A stretch of 64,000 bases of DNA. Source: Candidatus Zambryskibacteria bacterium RIFCSPLOWO2_02_FULL_51_21 (GTDB taxonomy: Bacteria; Patescibacteriota; Minisyncoccia; Phycocordibacterales; Zambryskibacteraceae). The stretch is taken from positions 393,572 through 457,571 of the forward strand of contig MHWQ01000002.1 of NCBI GenBank assembly GCA_001824255.1. The letters are read 5' to 3'. Shown one piece after another: positions 39,214 through 47,417 of this stretch; the stretch's first letter is position 1, and each line of letters begins with the position of its first letter. The notes below the pieces were generated by a model. The model ran no database searches, was not told the DNA's origin, and worked only from the letters and a program-made list of their open reading frames with translations. The position numbers and the translations under genes are program-made.

Positions 39214-39893
39214 TGGAAATTCTTTATGAAGATTCCGATATTCTGGTCATTAATAAACCGGCAGGGCTTGTTGTGCATTCCGACGGGCGCACGAAAGAGC
39301 CGAGTGTTTCGGAGTGGTTTGTTGAGAAATATCCGGAGTCAAAAGATGTTGGCGAAAAGATGGGAGAAATAGAAAGACCTGGTGTCGTGCATCGTATAGA
39401 CAGGGAAACTTCCGGCTGTTTGATTCTGGCGAAGACCAAGGAAGGCCACGCCGCGCTCAAAAAGCAGTTTCAAAATCACGAGATTGAGAAAATTTACCAC
39501 GCGTTTGTTTATGGAAATCTGAAGGAAGACAGAGGAACGATAAATTTGAAAATTTCGAGAAGCAAATCCGATTTTAGAAAAAGAGTCTCGGGTAGAGAGG
39601 GGAGAGAAGCTCTGACTTATTTCGAAGTTTTGAAGCGGGGGCCGGAGGTGACACTGGTCGAGGCGAAGCCCAAGACCGGCAGGACACATCAAATCCGTGT
39701 CCATTTCCAAGCGCTTCACCACCCGGTTGTGGCTGATAGTTTGTACGCGCCCTCAAAACCGAAAATTCTAGGCTTCGACCGCTTGGCTCTCCATGCACGA
39801 AAAATCGTCCTTACAAACCTTAAGGGCGAAAAAATCTCAATTGAGGCCCCATATCCGGAAGATTTCCAGAAAGCATTAGACATTATCGGCTGA
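39213..39893 (+). CDS. RluA/RluD family pseudouridine synthase (no S4 domain)
   Basis: INKPAGLVVH, HRIDRETSG, TGRTHQIRVH, LALHA; true start taken as MEILYED. Confidence 0.93.
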   Translation: MEILYEDSDILVINKPAGLVVHSDGRTKEPSVSEWFVEKYPESKDVGEKMGEIERPGVVHRIDRETSGCLILAKTKEGHAALKKQFQNHEIEKIYHAFVYGNLKEDRGTINLKISRSKSDFRKRVSGREGREALTYFEVLKRGPEVTLVEAKPKTGRTHQIRVHFQALHHPVVADSLYAPSKPKILGFDRLALHARKIVLTNLKGEKISIEAPYPEDFQKALDIIG

Positions 39894-39914
39894 TTCTGTT
39901 AGATTGTTGGCCTA

Positions 39915-40304
39915 ATGAATAAGGTAATTAGTCCGGTAAATATAGAAGAGAGGCGGAAGCTCGACCTGCGAGCGGGGGATACCGTCAAGGTCTGGCAGAA
40001 GATTGCCGAGAAGGGCAAGTTCCGTCTCCAGGCCTTCGAAGGTCTGGTCCTCGCGAGAAAGCATGGCACCGAAGCCGGAGCTACTATTACCGTCCGCCGT
40101 GTTGCCTCGGGAGTCGGCGTCGAGAAAATTTTCCCCCTCTACTCTCCCATGGTTGACAAGATTGAGGTTCTGAAGCGCTCGAAAGTCCGCCGGGCCAAGC
40201 TCTACCATGTCCGAGAGAAAGCGGCCAAGGAAATCAGCCGACAGATGAGGAATCTCAGAATGCAAAAAGAGGAAGTTGTGGAAGAAGTAGCAGAAGCGAA
40301 ATAA
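39915..40304 (+). CDS. rplS: 50S ribosomal protein L19
   Basis: GDTVKV, RLQAFEG, TVRR...GVGVEK.FP..SP, VRRAKLY. Confidence 0.97.
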   Translation: MNKVISPVNIEERRKLDLRAGDTVKVWQKIAEKGKFRLQAFEGLVLARKHGTEAGATITVRRVASGVGVEKIFPLYSPMVDKIEVLKRSKVRRAKLYHVREKAAKEISRQMRNLRMQKEEVVEEVAEAK

Positions 40305-40308
40305 GTTC

Positions 40309-40395
40309 TGGTGCGCGGGAGAGGATTTGAACCTCCACGCCCGTAAGGGCACTACCACCTCAAGGTAGCTTGTCTACCAATTTCAACACCCGCGC
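40309..40395 (-). tRNA. tRNA-Leu(GAG), CCA encoded
   Basis: CTACC-TTGAGGT-GGTAG, variable arm, GGTTCAAATCC. Confidence 0.94.
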
Positions 40396-40466
40396 GTCGA
40401 GCCCAGAATAACAGGAAATCAAAAGGCTTTCAATTAAGTATTCAAACTGTTATATTTCCCATGCAT

Positions 40467-40541
40467 GGTGCCTATGGTGTAGCAGCAGCACAAGAGCTTG
40501 TGGAGCTCTCAGTCCCGGGGCAGCACCGGGTAGGCACCCCA
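40467..40541 (+). tRNA. tRNA-His(GTG) with non-canonical D and T loops
   Basis: G-1/C73, GTGCCTA/TAGGCAC, AGAGC-TTGTGGA-GCTCT, CCA encoded; T loop GGCAGCA. Confidence 0.85.
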
Positions 40542-40578
40542 GAGTTTTGCCGCGACAATAATCTGCTATTATTAAGAC

Positions 40579-41142
40579 ATGGCATTTCATCATAAAGAAC
40601 CCGAGGGGGAACAAGCAGATAGTCATGAGATAGCATTGCAGCTAGACAATTACGACGACCTTTTTTCGGTTTTCGACAACAGGCCTTATTCGAAGAGAGC
40701 GTTGTCGGTCGACTTTCTCGATGAAGTGAGACGCGCCTCGCTAGACAAAAGTGACGAAAAACTGGAACTTGTCATCTCTATGCCGAAAGAACTCAGGAGC
40801 GAAGCCCATGACCAGACCATCAAGGAGCGCTTGTCGGACCACTTCCACAAACACTACAAGAGGCTTCAGGTGGAGAAGAGGAGAATCATGCGGCTCGGCT
40901 TCCTCATGGTCTTTCTCGGTCTCGTATCTATGGTCGGGGCAACTTTTGTTATTTCAAAAAATTCTGACGCCCAGAGCTTCGGCTACTCTTTCCTCCTCAT
41001 TCTTCTCGAGCCGGCGGCATGGTTTCTACTCTGGGAGGGAATGGACCAGATTATTTTCAATTCCCAGAGTCTGAAGCATGACCTGGAATTTTACCGCAAG
41101 ATGTCGCTTTCGCACGAAAGGGTTCATTTCCAGTCTTATTAA
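40579..41142 (+). CDS. Hypothetical membrane protein (two TM helices)
   Basis: 187-aa ORF, LDNYDDLFS.FD.RP and W..LWEG motifs. Confidence 0.7.
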   Translation: MAFHHKEPEGEQADSHEIALQLDNYDDLFSVFDNRPYSKRALSVDFLDEVRRASLDKSDEKLELVISMPKELRSEAHDQTIKERLSDHFHKHYKRLQVEKRRIMRLGFLMVFLGLVSMVGATFVISKNSDAQSFGYSFLLILLEPAAWFLLWEGMDQIIFNSQSLKHDLEFYRKMSLSHERVHFQSY

Positions 41143-41155
41143 CGTCTAATACAAT

Positions 41156-41557
41156 ATGAAGAAAGGATTCAAAGACAATATTGAGAAATTAACCGTGGGA
41201 AATACCGATTTCCGCCGCGTGCTTTATACCGGTGAGCGCTCGCAACTGGTGCTTATGTCGCTTAGGCCGGGCGAGGAAATTGGCGCCGAAGTGCACGAGG
41301 ATAATGACCAATTCTTCCGCTTCGAGAAGGGACGTGGCAAGGTCATCATTGATAATACAAGCTACGATGTCTCTGACGGCGACGCGGTAGTGGTGCCCCG
41401 CGGCGCCGAACACAACGTTATCAATGCTTCCCAGACAGAAGAGCTCAAGCTCTACACCATCTACTCTCCGCCGCATCACGCCGATGGCATCGTCCGCGCC
41501 ACCAAGGAAGAAGCGGTTCAGAACGAGGCCGAGTTCGATGGAGTTACGACTGAATAA
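41156..41557 (+). CDS. Cupin domain protein
   Basis: QLVLM.L.PGEEIG.EVH...DQFF, P.G..HNV.N. Confidence 0.9.
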   Translation: MKKGFKDNIEKLTVGNTDFRRVLYTGERSQLVLMSLRPGEEIGAEVHEDNDQFFRFEKGRGKVIIDNTSYDVSDGDAVVVPRGAEHNVINASQTEELKLYTIYSPPHHADGIVRATKEEAVQNEAEFDGVTTE

Positions 41558-42056
41558 AACGATAAGGTTTGTTTGCCCAAATTTTACCAGCATATGCCAC
41601 TCCAACTCTTGGCATACGCAAAATTTTCAATTTAGAATTTTCAATTTTCGAATCAGATTCAATCCACAAACCAGTTTTCTTTCCCAACTTCTTGCCATTC
41701 AAACTTTTATCTATTTTAAAAAACTTTGTTAATCGCGCGGGGCCAGTTATATTTTCCGTACCGCGTATAAGGACGGCGGCGGGGAAATCTTTTCCTTCGG
41801 TCACGATGTTTAGCATCCAATGCATACCGTAGGTAAAATAGACATAAATCGTTCCAGCTTCGGCAAACATCGGGGTATTACGCGGGGTTTTGCCACGCGA
41901 AGAATGGCAGGCTAGGTCGTGCGGGCCGACATATGCTTCCGTCTCGGTGATTTTCCCCCTCCATATCTTGCCGTTAATCTTGCGCACCAGATATTTGCCC
42001 GGAAGCTCGCGGGCCACGGTCAGGGTTTTCCTGTCGAAAAATGAATGAGATAACAT
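41544..42056 (-). CDS. mpg: 3-methyladenine DNA glycosylase (AAG/Mpg family)
   Basis: ETEAY.G..D.ACH, YVYFTYGMH..LN.V, AVLIR, GPARL, PRVG; start at MLSHSFF. Confidence 0.92.
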   Translation of the reverse strand: MLSHSFFDRKTLTVARELPGKYLVRKINGKIWRGKITETEAYVGPHDLACHSSRGKTPRNTPMFAEAGTIYVYFTYGMHWMLNIVTEGKDFPAAVLIRGTENITGPARLTKFFKIDKSLNGKKLGKKTGLWIESDSKIENSKLKILRMPRVGVAYAGKIWANKPYRFIQS

Positions 42057-42078
42057 CGCCTGGTAGTATAATAAATAA

Positions 42079-42228
42079 ATGGCATTTGAGCTCATCGCTT
42101 TCGATATTGACGGCACATTGACCCAAAGCAAGTCGCCGCTTGAGGATAATCCTCTCATCGACACGGACAAAGTAATAGGCATCGCGACCATGGAAATTTC
42201 CGTGGTTCTGGATGCTCTGTCGTGGTAA
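42079..42228 (+). pseudogene. N-terminal fragment of a HAD-superfamily hydrolase
   Basis: Manual translation MAFELIAFDIDGTLTQSKSPL...; motif I (DxDGT) intact, stop after 49 aa, other HAD motifs absent. Confidence 0.7.
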
Positions 42229-42244
42229 GCTTAATGTCACCACA

Positions 42245-42907
42245 ATGTTTCCGAATTGGGCGAAAAACATTCTTTTCCTTCTCGTTTACATGATTTCGGG
42301 ACTTGTCCTGGTAATCATTATCGAGGGCTTGCTTACCGGGAGCGACCTCCAGCCGCTGAACTCCGCTATAGAAGAAGCTATAGTGCGGGTAAGAACGCCA
42401 CTTCTTACGACACTTCTCGTCTGGATTACCAAGATTGGCAATCCCTTCGTTTTCTCCTCCGTGGCGGTGTTTATCTCCATCATGCTTATCGTCAAGAAGA
42501 ACGCTTACGATGCCATGCTCTTCCTAGTCTCGCTCATCGTGGCCGCCATCTCGCTTACGGTGCTGAAAAATATTTTCCAGATTAGCCGTCCCGCTTCCGA
42601 TATTTATCTCGCCGAAGGCTGGAGCTTCCCCTCCGGCCACGCTACCGTGGCGACGGCCTTCTTCTTCCTCTTGGCCTATATTTTTTTCGGGAAGATTAAG
42701 ACCTTGCGCGGCAGGACCATTCTCATACTGGGTTCAATCGCGGGCGCGCTCATCGTCTGTTTCTCGCGGCTCTATCTCGGCGCTCACTGGACGCTTGATG
42801 TTCTGGCGGGCGTGGCCCTAGGGCTCCTCTCGGTCTCCTTCACCATACTCATGTTCAATGTTTTTCTGGAAGAAAATCGGTCTTTGAGAAAGCGTCTGAA
42901 TTTGTGA
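42245..42907 (+). CDS. PAP2 family phosphatase
   Basis: K......RP, SFPSGH, SRLYLGAHW..DV. Confidence 0.92.
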   Translation: MFPNWAKNILFLLVYMISGLVLVIIIEGLLTGSDLQPLNSAIEEAIVRVRTPLLTTLLVWITKIGNPFVFSSVAVFISIMLIVKKNAYDAMLFLVSLIVAAISLTVLKNIFQISRPASDIYLAEGWSFPSGHATVATAFFFLLAYIFFGKIKTLRGRTILILGSIAGALIVCFSRLYLGAHWTLDVLAGVALGLLSVSFTILMFNVFLEENRSLRKRLNL

Positions 42908-42920
42908 TAAACTGGTGCGC

Positions 42921-43721
42921 ATGAACACACAAGAAATGAAGAATATTTATAAGTGGGCCTGGATTGTACTTATTATTCTAGCCGTTTTCCTGGGAGTTAA
43001 GACCCTCGCGTCTTTGAAGGATTTGAGAGACACTTCTCCTTCTTACAACACCATCAGCGTATCAGGAGAGGGAGAAGTCATGGCTGTGCCGGACCTGGCG
43101 AGCTTTACCTTCACTGTCTCGGCTGATGCCAATACCGTTGACGCTGCCCAGGAAGCGGTGACCAAAAAGGTTGACGCCATTCTCGCCGAACTGAAGGACT
43201 TGGGTATTGAAGAAAAAGACATTAAAACCACCGACTACTCCGTCTGGCCGAAATATCGTTACGAAACCAGAGCCCTTTATCCCTGCACTCAATACAGCTG
43301 CCCTCCGTCTCCAGGCAATCAAGTCCCCGACGGCTATACCGCAAATCATTCTGTTATGGTAAAAGTGCGCGATACGGAGAATGCGGGCGAAGCGCTCTCG
43401 AGGGCAGGCTCCGCGGGCGCTACCAATCTCTCGGGCATCTCTTTCACCATCGACGACCCGGAGAAACTTAAGTCCGATGCCCGTGCTCTGGCTATCAAGA
43501 ACGCGAGAGAGAAGGCCGAAATTCTTTCCGACGAGCTCGGTGTGCGGCTGGTAAGAGTAGTGAGCTACAGCGACAGCTCGGACGGCGGTGTCGTGCCTTA
43601 TTACCGTGAGGTGTTGGGTATGGGGGGCTCTGATATAAAAGTTGTCCCGCCTACGCCGACCCTTCCTACAGGCGAGAACAAAATCAAGATTAACGTGAAT
43701 GTCACGTACGAGATTCGCTAA
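42921..43721 (+). CDS. SIMPL (DUF541) domain protein
   Basis: ISVSGEGEV.AVPD.A, I.T..YS..P.Y, A..NAREKA..L, V.VTYEI. Confidence 0.9.
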   Translation: MNTQEMKNIYKWAWIVLIILAVFLGVKTLASLKDLRDTSPSYNTISVSGEGEVMAVPDLASFTFTVSADANTVDAAQEAVTKKVDAILAELKDLGIEEKDIKTTDYSVWPKYRYETRALYPCTQYSCPPSPGNQVPDGYTANHSVMVKVRDTENAGEALSRAGSAGATNLSGISFTIDDPEKLKSDARALAIKNAREKAEILSDELGVRLVRVVSYSDSSDGGVVPYYREVLGMGGSDIKVVPPTPTLPTGENKIKINVNVTYEIR

Positions 43722-43725
43722 ATCC

Positions 43726-43799
43726 TGAAAAACACCCCGCTTGATATACTTTCGTGAACGTGATAATATCACGTTCACACCCACGAGGGTGTTTTTTCA
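43726..43799. promoter_or_regulatory. Nested inverted repeats over the secE promoter region
   Basis: Inner GTGAACGTGAT-AAT-ATCACGTTCAC (43754-78); outer AAAAACACCC / GGGTGTTTTT. Confidence 0.6.
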
Positions 43800-43805
43800 A
43801 AAAAC

Positions 43806-43988
43806 ATGAACAGATTCTTAAATTACGTGAGGGACACCAGAGGCGAGCTCGCGCACGTCTCCTGGCCCACGAGGAAGCAGGCGATGGTTTTTACCGCCAT
43901 CGTGATTGTGGTCTCCATCCTTACCGCGCTTTATCTCGGACTCTTCGACTACATACTCTCGCTTATTCTCCAGAAATTCATTCTGTAA
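43806..43988 (+). CDS. secE: Preprotein translocase subunit SecE
   Basis: EL.HVSWPTR plus one TM helix; upstream of nusG. Confidence 0.93.
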   Translation: MNRFLNYVRDTRGELAHVSWPTRKQAMVFTAIVIVVSILTALYLGLFDYILSLILQKFIL

Positions 43989-43992
43989 AAAT

Positions 43993-44538
43993 ATGGCCAA
44001 GCAAACTATCTCCGAAGGCAGGAACTGGTACGTGGTCCACACTTACGCGGGTTACGAGAACGCCGTGATGAGGAACTTGAAGCAGAGGATTGAGTCCTAT
44101 GACATGCAGGACAAGATTTTCAACGTTATCGTGCCGACCGAGAAGAAGGTCAAGATTAAGGCCGGCAAGCGGGTTGAGGAGGAGGAGAAAATCTACCCCG
44201 GCTATATTCTCGTCGAGATGATTGTCACCGACGACTCCTGGTTCGTGGTGAGGAATACACCGAGGGTAACGGGCTTCGTGGGTTCGGGAGTTTATCCCGT
44301 GCCTCTGGAGAAGAAGGAAGTCGAGACTCTCTTTGCCCGTATGAGCGCCGACAGGGTCACGCACCAGATTAATCTCATTGAGAACGATGCCGTGCAGATT
44401 GTCGACGGGCCCTTCAAGGACCTCGAGGGCAAAATCTCGGATATTGACGAAGAGAGAGGCAAGGTCAAGGTTCTGGTCAATATGTTCGGGCGAGAGACAC
44501 CTGTCGAACTCGACTTTTTGCAAGTAAAGAAAATTTAA
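43993..44538 (+). CDS. nusG: Transcription factor NusG
   Basis: WYVVHT..G.E, PGYILVEM, VRNTPRVTGFVG, FGRETPVEL. Confidence 0.97.
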   Translation: MAKQTISEGRNWYVVHTYAGYENAVMRNLKQRIESYDMQDKIFNVIVPTEKKVKIKAGKRVEEEEKIYPGYILVEMIVTDDSWFVVRNTPRVTGFVGSGVYPVPLEKKEVETLFARMSADRVTHQINLIENDAVQIVDGPFKDLEGKISDIDEERGKVKVLVNMFGRETPVELDFLQVKKI

Positions 44539-44556
44539 GGTAATCTAACGACTCAA

Positions 44557-44979
44557 ATGGCAAAGAAAGTAACAAAAGTATTGAAGCTCCAGATCCCCGG
44601 CGGCGCGGCCGTGCCCGGCCAGCAGCTGGGCCCCGTGCTCGGCGCGGCGGGTATTAACATCGGTGAATTTGTTAAGCGCTTCAACGAAGAGACCAAAGAC
44701 CGTCGGGGCGAGACTGTGCCGACGGTGGTCGATGTCTACGAAGACCGCACTTATCATTTGACCTACAAAACCGAGCCGGCCGCCGCCTTGATTCTCAAGG
44801 CTTTGAAAAAGGATAAGGGTTCTGGCACTCCCAATACCTCAAAAATCGGCACTCTCTCCAAGGCGCAGGTCAAAGAAATCGCCGAGAAGAAAATGTCGGA
44901 TTTGAACGCCAACGACGCGGATGCAGCTATGAAAATTATCGCGGGAACAGCGAGGTCAATGGGAGTTGAGGTAAAATAA
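44557..44979 (+). CDS. rplK: 50S ribosomal protein L11
   Basis: [26 protein letters not shown]. Confidence 0.97.
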   Translation: MAKKVTKVLKLQIPGGAAVPGQQLGPVLGAAGINIGEFVKRFNEETKDRRGETVPTVVDVYEDRTYHLTYKTEPAAALILKALKKDKGSGTPNTSKIGTLSKAQVKEIAEKKMSDLNANDADAAMKIIAGTARSMGVEVK

Positions 44980-44983
44980 AACC

Positions 44984-45691
44984 ATGAAATCAGGGGGAAA
45001 CTCGCAGCTGGTCAAGAACATCTTGAGCGGCAGTCCGAACTTTGAAGACCGCTATATTTCTGATCGCAATACCCTGGTCTCGGTAGTAAAAATTCTCAAG
45101 GACTCAGGGTACAGAATCGTTCTCACGCAAGGTGTCTATGATTTATTTCATGTCGGGCACAAAAGATATTTAGAAAATGCCAAGAATCACGGAGACATTC
45201 TTATTATAGGAGTCGATACCGATGAACTGACTCGAAGCATAAAAGGGCCAAACCGCCCATTTGATAAACTTGAAGACCGGTTGGAAATTTTGACAAGTTT
45301 GCGGACGGTGGATATCGTTACGACGAGGGGCTTGGGTGAGCATGAATATGACTTGATTAAGCTTGTAAGGCCGGATGTTTTAGTCATGTCCCAGACCACC
45401 ACGACCTTTACAGAAAAAGATAAGCGCAATCTGATAAAATACTGCGGTAGCATAAAGGTTTTGCCCCCTCAGTCCTCCACTTCGACGACGGCCAAGTTGA
45501 GGAAGATGATGGTAAGCGGGGCGGAGCAGCTTTCGATTAAAATATCCAACATTATCAAGGAATTCCTTATCGATATAAAAAATGAAAGCCCTAATAGGAT
45601 ACTTCCCAATCATTCACGCGGGTCATCTGGAAGTTTGCAAAAGGCAAAAGCCGGACAAGCTCTGCGTACTCGGAAAAAGCCTGCTCGCTGA
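44984..45691 (+). CDS. HIGH-motif nucleotidyltransferase (RfaE domain II/TagD-like)
   Basis: TQGVYDLFHVGH, IGVDTD, KGPNRP, R.EIL..L..VD, STT. Confidence 0.88.
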   Translation: MKSGGNSQLVKNILSGSPNFEDRYISDRNTLVSVVKILKDSGYRIVLTQGVYDLFHVGHKRYLENAKNHGDILIIGVDTDELTRSIKGPNRPFDKLEDRLEILTSLRTVDIVTTRGLGEHEYDLIKLVRPDVLVMSQTTTTFTEKDKRNLIKYCGSIKVLPPQSSTSTTAKLRKMMVSGAEQLSIKISNIIKEFLIDIKNESPNRILPNHSRGSSGSLQKAKAGQALRTRKKPAR

Positions 45692-46412
45692 ATTTCCCAT
45701 TTTAGAGCGTGACATTCGCGCACTGTCTCCGGGGCTTGTCAAACTGGAGGCGGACGCGTTGAATTTGGCCCCTAGTGTTTCTATTTTAGAGAAAAACAGC
45801 TTAGACGAACTTTCCGATTTCGAGGAAATCGTTCTTTTCGATGATGAGATAGGCAGAGGATTGTCGGAGAAATATTTGAAAGACAAGAATATTGTATGGG
45901 ACACAGCATTTCTCAGATGGAACAAGATGAATGCCGTTACTCAGAATCCGGTAGATTCAAAACAAATTGTTTCCTCCAGGGATTTCGATAAAAAGATGAT
46001 TGAACTGGCGTATAAGGAAGCGGAGAAAAGCTCTGATTGGTGGAGGCATGTAGGAGCTATTTTAATAAAAGACGGCAAAGTAATCAGCACCCGCTACAAC
46101 AAGCATGCGGTTACGGAAAATACCGCTTATATTGAAGGAGAACCCCGCTCCAATTTCGATGCCGGGAAAGCCATTGCCGATTTGGTAATTTTCGAGCATG
46201 GTGAGGCAACTTTGATAGCAGATTCGGCCAGGAGAGGAGTATCAACCTTGGGTGCGGAAATCTATGTGACCACTTTTCCTTGTCCCAGCTGTGCCATGGC
46301 TATCGCCAATGCGGGTATAAAAAAGGTTTATTACAAAGAAGGCTATTCTCTGCTTGATGCGGAAAAAATACTTAAGAACGCGAATGTCGAGTTGATTTGT
46401 GTCCGAGAGTAA
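45582..46412 (+). CDS. Fusion: degenerate HIGH-type N-domain + Zn-dependent dCMP/cytidine deaminase
   Basis: N-terminal PIIHAGH; C-terminal S....R.VGA, HGE, YVTTFPCPSC, GIKKVYY. Confidence 0.85.
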   Translation: MKALIGYFPIIHAGHLEVCKRQKPDKLCVLGKSLLAEFPILERDIRALSPGLVKLEADALNLAPSVSILEKNSLDELSDFEEIVLFDDEIGRGLSEKYLKDKNIVWDTAFLRWNKMNAVTQNPVDSKQIVSSRDFDKKMIELAYKEAEKSSDWWRHVGAILIKDGKVISTRYNKHAVTENTAYIEGEPRSNFDAGKAIADLVIFEHGEATLIADSARRGVSTLGAEIYVTTFPCPSCAMAIANAGIKKVYYKEGYSLLDAEKILKNANVELICVRE

Positions 46413-46851
46413 CCAGAATGTTGTCTTTCAAGGTCGCATTCTTTCTTTTTCTAGTTCCTGATATTAAATGAAAATGAATATGGTCCAAAGTTCCTCCCGT
46501 ATAGCTCATATCTCCCGAGCGCACAAATACCGAGGCCCCTTTGATTTTAAAACGTTTTTCTAACCAGGCAATAGTTTTCAATAATTCTTTCCAGGCAGCA
46601 GGGGAGATTCCCGTAATCTTTCTCAGATGCTTTCTGCTGGCTATGAGGTAATGATGGACACTGCCTTCGTACGGATAGTCATTTTTCTTGATATACCAGT
46701 ACCGCCCTTGATAAATGGCGGGACTTGCGCCCACCTTCAAATAATTGTCTTTGCAGAAAAAGCAGCCTATTTCTTTTGCCAGGCGCTTCATCCTTTTGAG
46801 CTGTTCTGGATGACGCGCGTTATCGTTGCGTAATTTGCTTTTTGTTCTCAT
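46372..46851 (-). CDS. HIT family nucleotide hydrolase/transferase
   Basis: CFFC, N.YPY....H.LI, HIHFHL triad. Confidence 0.88.
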   Translation of the reverse strand: MRTKSKLRNDNARHPEQLKRMKRLAKEIGCFFCKDNYLKVGASPAIYQGRYWYIKKNDYPYEGSVHHYLIASRKHLRKITGISPAAWKELLKTIAWLEKRFKIKGASVFVRSGDMSYTGGTLDHIHFHLISGTRKRKNATLKDNILVTLGHKSTRHSRS

Positions 46852-46881
46852 TCTTAATGCGTATTCTTATCGATTTTTGGC

Positions 46882-46913
46882 AAAAAAACAAGCCGGCGCC
46901 TCAGGCGCCGGCT
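46882..46913 (-). terminator. Intrinsic terminator after folA
   Basis: AGCCGGCGCC-TGA-GGCGCCGGCT followed by TGTTTTTTT on the minus strand. Confidence 0.85.
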
Positions 46914-46918
46914 GTAAT

Positions 46919-47413
46919 CTACTTGTGTCTCCACACTTCCCACCGGAAGGAATGCTCGTTTCCGGCATCTTTCGGGTGTCTTTCGCACGAGAGCATCTGC
47001 CACTCGTTTTTATTCCATCGCGGGAAGAACGTGTCTCCAGCGATGATGACATCGACGAGTGTTAAGTACAGGTGCGAAGCGTGCGGCAGGGCCAGGCGAT
47101 AAATCTCTCCTCCGCCAATAACCCAGACATCACGCTTCTTCGACATCTTGACAACTTTTTGGAAATCACCGAGTACAGTCACGCCGAAATCGTCGATGCC
47201 ACTCGGGTTGCGAGTAAGAACGATATTCTCCCGGTTTGGTAGCGGCCGGAATTTCCGGGGCAGAGAGTCGAATGTTTTTCTGCCCATAACAACCGCGCTG
47301 GTTCCCGTTTGCTTCTTGAACCACTTCATGTCATCGGCGAGGCGCCAGGGCAAGGCGCCGCCACTGCCGATAACGCCGTTCTCTGCAACCGCCGCGATGA
47401 TTTTCAAGCTCAT
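46919..47413 (-). CDS. folA: Dihydrofolate reductase
   Basis: IG..G.LPW...DM..FK, MGRKTF.S, PLPNR.N.VL, IGGG.IY, GDTFFP. Confidence 0.96.
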   Translation of the reverse strand: MSLKIIAAVAENGVIGSGGALPWRLADDMKWFKKQTGTSAVVMGRKTFDSLPRKFRPLPNRENIVLTRNPSGIDDFGVTVLGDFQKVVKMSKKRDVWVIGGGEIYRLALPHASHLYLTLVDVIIAGDTFFPRWNKNEWQMLSCERHPKDAGNEHSFRWEVWRHK

Positions 47414-47417
47414 TTTC

